Origin: Paragordius varius
Taxonomy: Eukaryota > Animalia > Nematomorpha
Assembly (NCBI GenBank): GCA_964247055.1
Contig: OZ176051.1
Span: 10,354,001-10,418,000 of the forward strand
Reading direction: 5' to 3'
Length of the DNA: 64,000 nt
Below are positions 61,859 through 64,000 of this stretch, in pieces. A model generated the notes under the pieces. It saw only the letters and a list, made by a program, of their open reading frames with translations, made no database searches and was not told where the DNA came from. Every line of letters starts with the position of its first letter. Positions within the stretch are counted from its first letter, which is position 1. Position numbers and translations under genes: made by a program.

Positions 61859-64000
61859 CCATGCTATCAAGAGTTTCACCAACAATCAATAATTCTTTTT
61901 CAACAATAAACCATCATTTTTCCAATTAATACCAATGCTATAGTTTCACCATCAATCAACCATTCTGTTATAATAATTAATATATATCATTTTCAGTTCA
62001 AATTCACTTTTAAACAATTCAACACCCTTGAATAATTCAAATTTACGCTTGAACAATTCAAATTTACGCTTGAGCAATTCTAATTTACGCTTAAAAATTC
62101 AAATTCACCCTTTAACAATTCAAATGCACCTTCAAACAATTCAAATTCACCTTAAAATAAATTGTTTTTTTTAGATTAAATATTATTTATATTTTTTTAT
62201 ATTTTTAAAAAAAGAAATTTTGTATGTAATCAAAAAAATACTAAAAAAATATAAACTTTGCAATAAAAATATATTTAATTTTAATGATGAGTTGTATTAG
62301 ACCGAAATTTCTAAATTTATTATTAGGGTGAATTCGAATTGTTCGAGGGTGAATTTCAATTCAAGGGTGAATTTGAATTGTTTAAGGGTGAATTTGAATT
62401 GTTTAAGGGTGAATTTAACCTGTTTAAGGGTGGATTTCGAATGTTGGAGTAAATTGTAAATGGTATAATTTACCGGTGGTAAAAGATTTCACCAACAATC
62501 GACCATCATTTTTCAACACAATCAATTATTTATATAGGCTATCAAGAGTTATATAAACATTGATTTTCAACAATCAAATTATAATACGCACGCTATCAAG
62601 ATTATCAACAATCAACCATTCTTTTTCAACATTAAATATGCTATTAAGAGTATCACCAGCAATCAACCATTCTATTCTAATAATAAATTATTTTACCCAT
62701 GCTATCAAGAATTTTACCAACAACCAACATTTTTTTAACAAAAAACCATTGTTTTGACCATTCATTTTCAACAATCAAAGTGTATTAACCATGTTATTAT
62801 ATGTTTCACCAACAATCAACCATCCTTTTTCAATATTGAAATAAAAATACTCATGCTAATAGTTTCAGCAACAACCAATTCTTTTTGAAACATTAATCAA
62901 ATTATTTTACCCATGCTATTAAAATTATTAACAATCAACCATCATTGTTCTTAAATCAAATTATATTACATATGTTATTCAATGTTTCACTAAAATCTTC
63001 CATTTTTATTCAGCAATTAATCATAAAACACATGATATTAAGAGTATTACCAATGATTAACTATTTTTTTATCATATTATCTATGCTATCAAGAGGTTCA
63101 TCAACAATCGACCATTATGTTTTAAAAATCAAATTATTTTACCCATGGTAAAAATTTCACCAATTATCAACCACCACTTTTTAATAATTCAATCATAATA
63201 CTCATGCTAATAGTTTCAGCAACAATTTTTGAAACAATAATCAAATTATTTTACCCATGCTATTAAAATTATTAACAATCAACCATCATTGTTCTTAAAT
63301 CAAATTATATTACATATGTAATTCAATGTTTCACTAAAATCATCCATTTTTCAGTAATTAATTATAAAACCCAAGCTATTAAGAGTAGTACTAATAATTG
63401 AACATTTTTTATTAAATTGTATCCATGTTATCAAGAACAATTCTTTTTTAACAATCAACCATTATTTTTCCACAATAAAATTATACCCATGCTATCAAAG
63501 GTTACACTAACGATCCCATTTTCTTTCAATAATCAAATTATTTTATGGTAAATGATTTCGTCAACAATCAACTATCATTAATCAACCATCAAATTATAAT
63601 ACCCATACTATCAATATTTTACCATCGATCAACAATTCTTTTTCAACAATCAAATTATATTACATGCTATTGAAGGTTTCGCCAACAATCCCATTCTTTA
63701 ATCAAATTATTTTACCCATGGTAAAAGATTTCACCAAGAATCAAACATTATTTCAACAATCAAATTATAATACCCATACTATCAATAGTTTTACCATCGA
63801 TCAACAATTCCTTTTCAACAATCAAATTATATTACAGATGCTATTAGGAGATTCAAACATTCAACCATCATTGTTCAATAATATAATTATCCATGCTATC
63901 AAGAATTTTACCAAATATATATCCCAATTATTCAACAATCAATTTATAATACCCATGCTATTTAAAGTACAAACAATCAACCATCATTGTTCATCATTCA
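61859..64000. repeat. Degenerate ~60-bp minisatellite (CCATGCTATCAAGAGTTTCACCAACAATCAACCATTCTTTTTCAACAATCAAATTATTTTAC consensus by eye)
   Basis: Recurrent CCATGCTAT and CAACAATCAA motifs up to the window end, interrupted by a MITE. Confidence 0.8.
61988..62463. mobile_element. CCATTTACAATT-type MITE with expanded 21-bp subterminal arrays
   Basis: About 7 AACAATTCAAATTCACCC-like units on the left, inverted units on the right, ending AATTGTAAATGG|TA. Confidence 0.8.

Noticed and set aside
53873-64000. CRISPR-like array
   Set aside because: There is no short repeat with unique spacers, the monomers are contiguous, the context is eukaryotic and no cas genes are present.
61859-64000. Minisatellite as a 36-nt exon / 26-nt mini-intron coding array on the minus strand (consensus has GTAAAAT...AAAAG)
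   Set aside because: Individual units have frequent frame-breaking indels and often lack the GT/AG, which does not fit coding constraint. The short plus-strand ORFs here are also spurious.

Overview
This is very AT-rich eukaryotic, most likely animal, genomic DNA. The animal assignment is inferred from a RIOK3-type kinase, a class A GPCR and a Mag-like Ty3/gypsy element. Seven host genes can be reconstructed by hand: an orphan rhodopsin-like GPCR (-), RIOK3 (+), UQCRB/QCR7 (-), NTPCR/THEP1 (+, apparently lesioned), an orphan 922-aa mucin-like type I membrane protein (-), ESF1 (+) and calcineurin B (-). Intron sizes are bimodal. At least nine introns are only 22-29 nt, while others are inflated to kilobases by transposons, and two divergent gene pairs have start codons only 19 and 48 nt apart. 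The mobile DNA is dense and well resolved. An intact gypsy element (identical 267-bp LTRs, 5-bp TSD, tRNA-His PBS, PPT) carries a decayed hAT/Buster transposon inserted 6 nt before the end of its gag-pol ORF. An inverted pair of internally deleted LINEs and a mariner relic sit in a UQCRB intron, and there is a cluster of TTAA-flanked MITEs and a three-level hAT>Helitron>hAT nest. A 6.8-kb tandem array with a 2014-bp higher-order period is built from Helitron sequence, with five Helitron 5' ends but only one 3' end. All calls come from manual reading of the sequence; no database searches were run.
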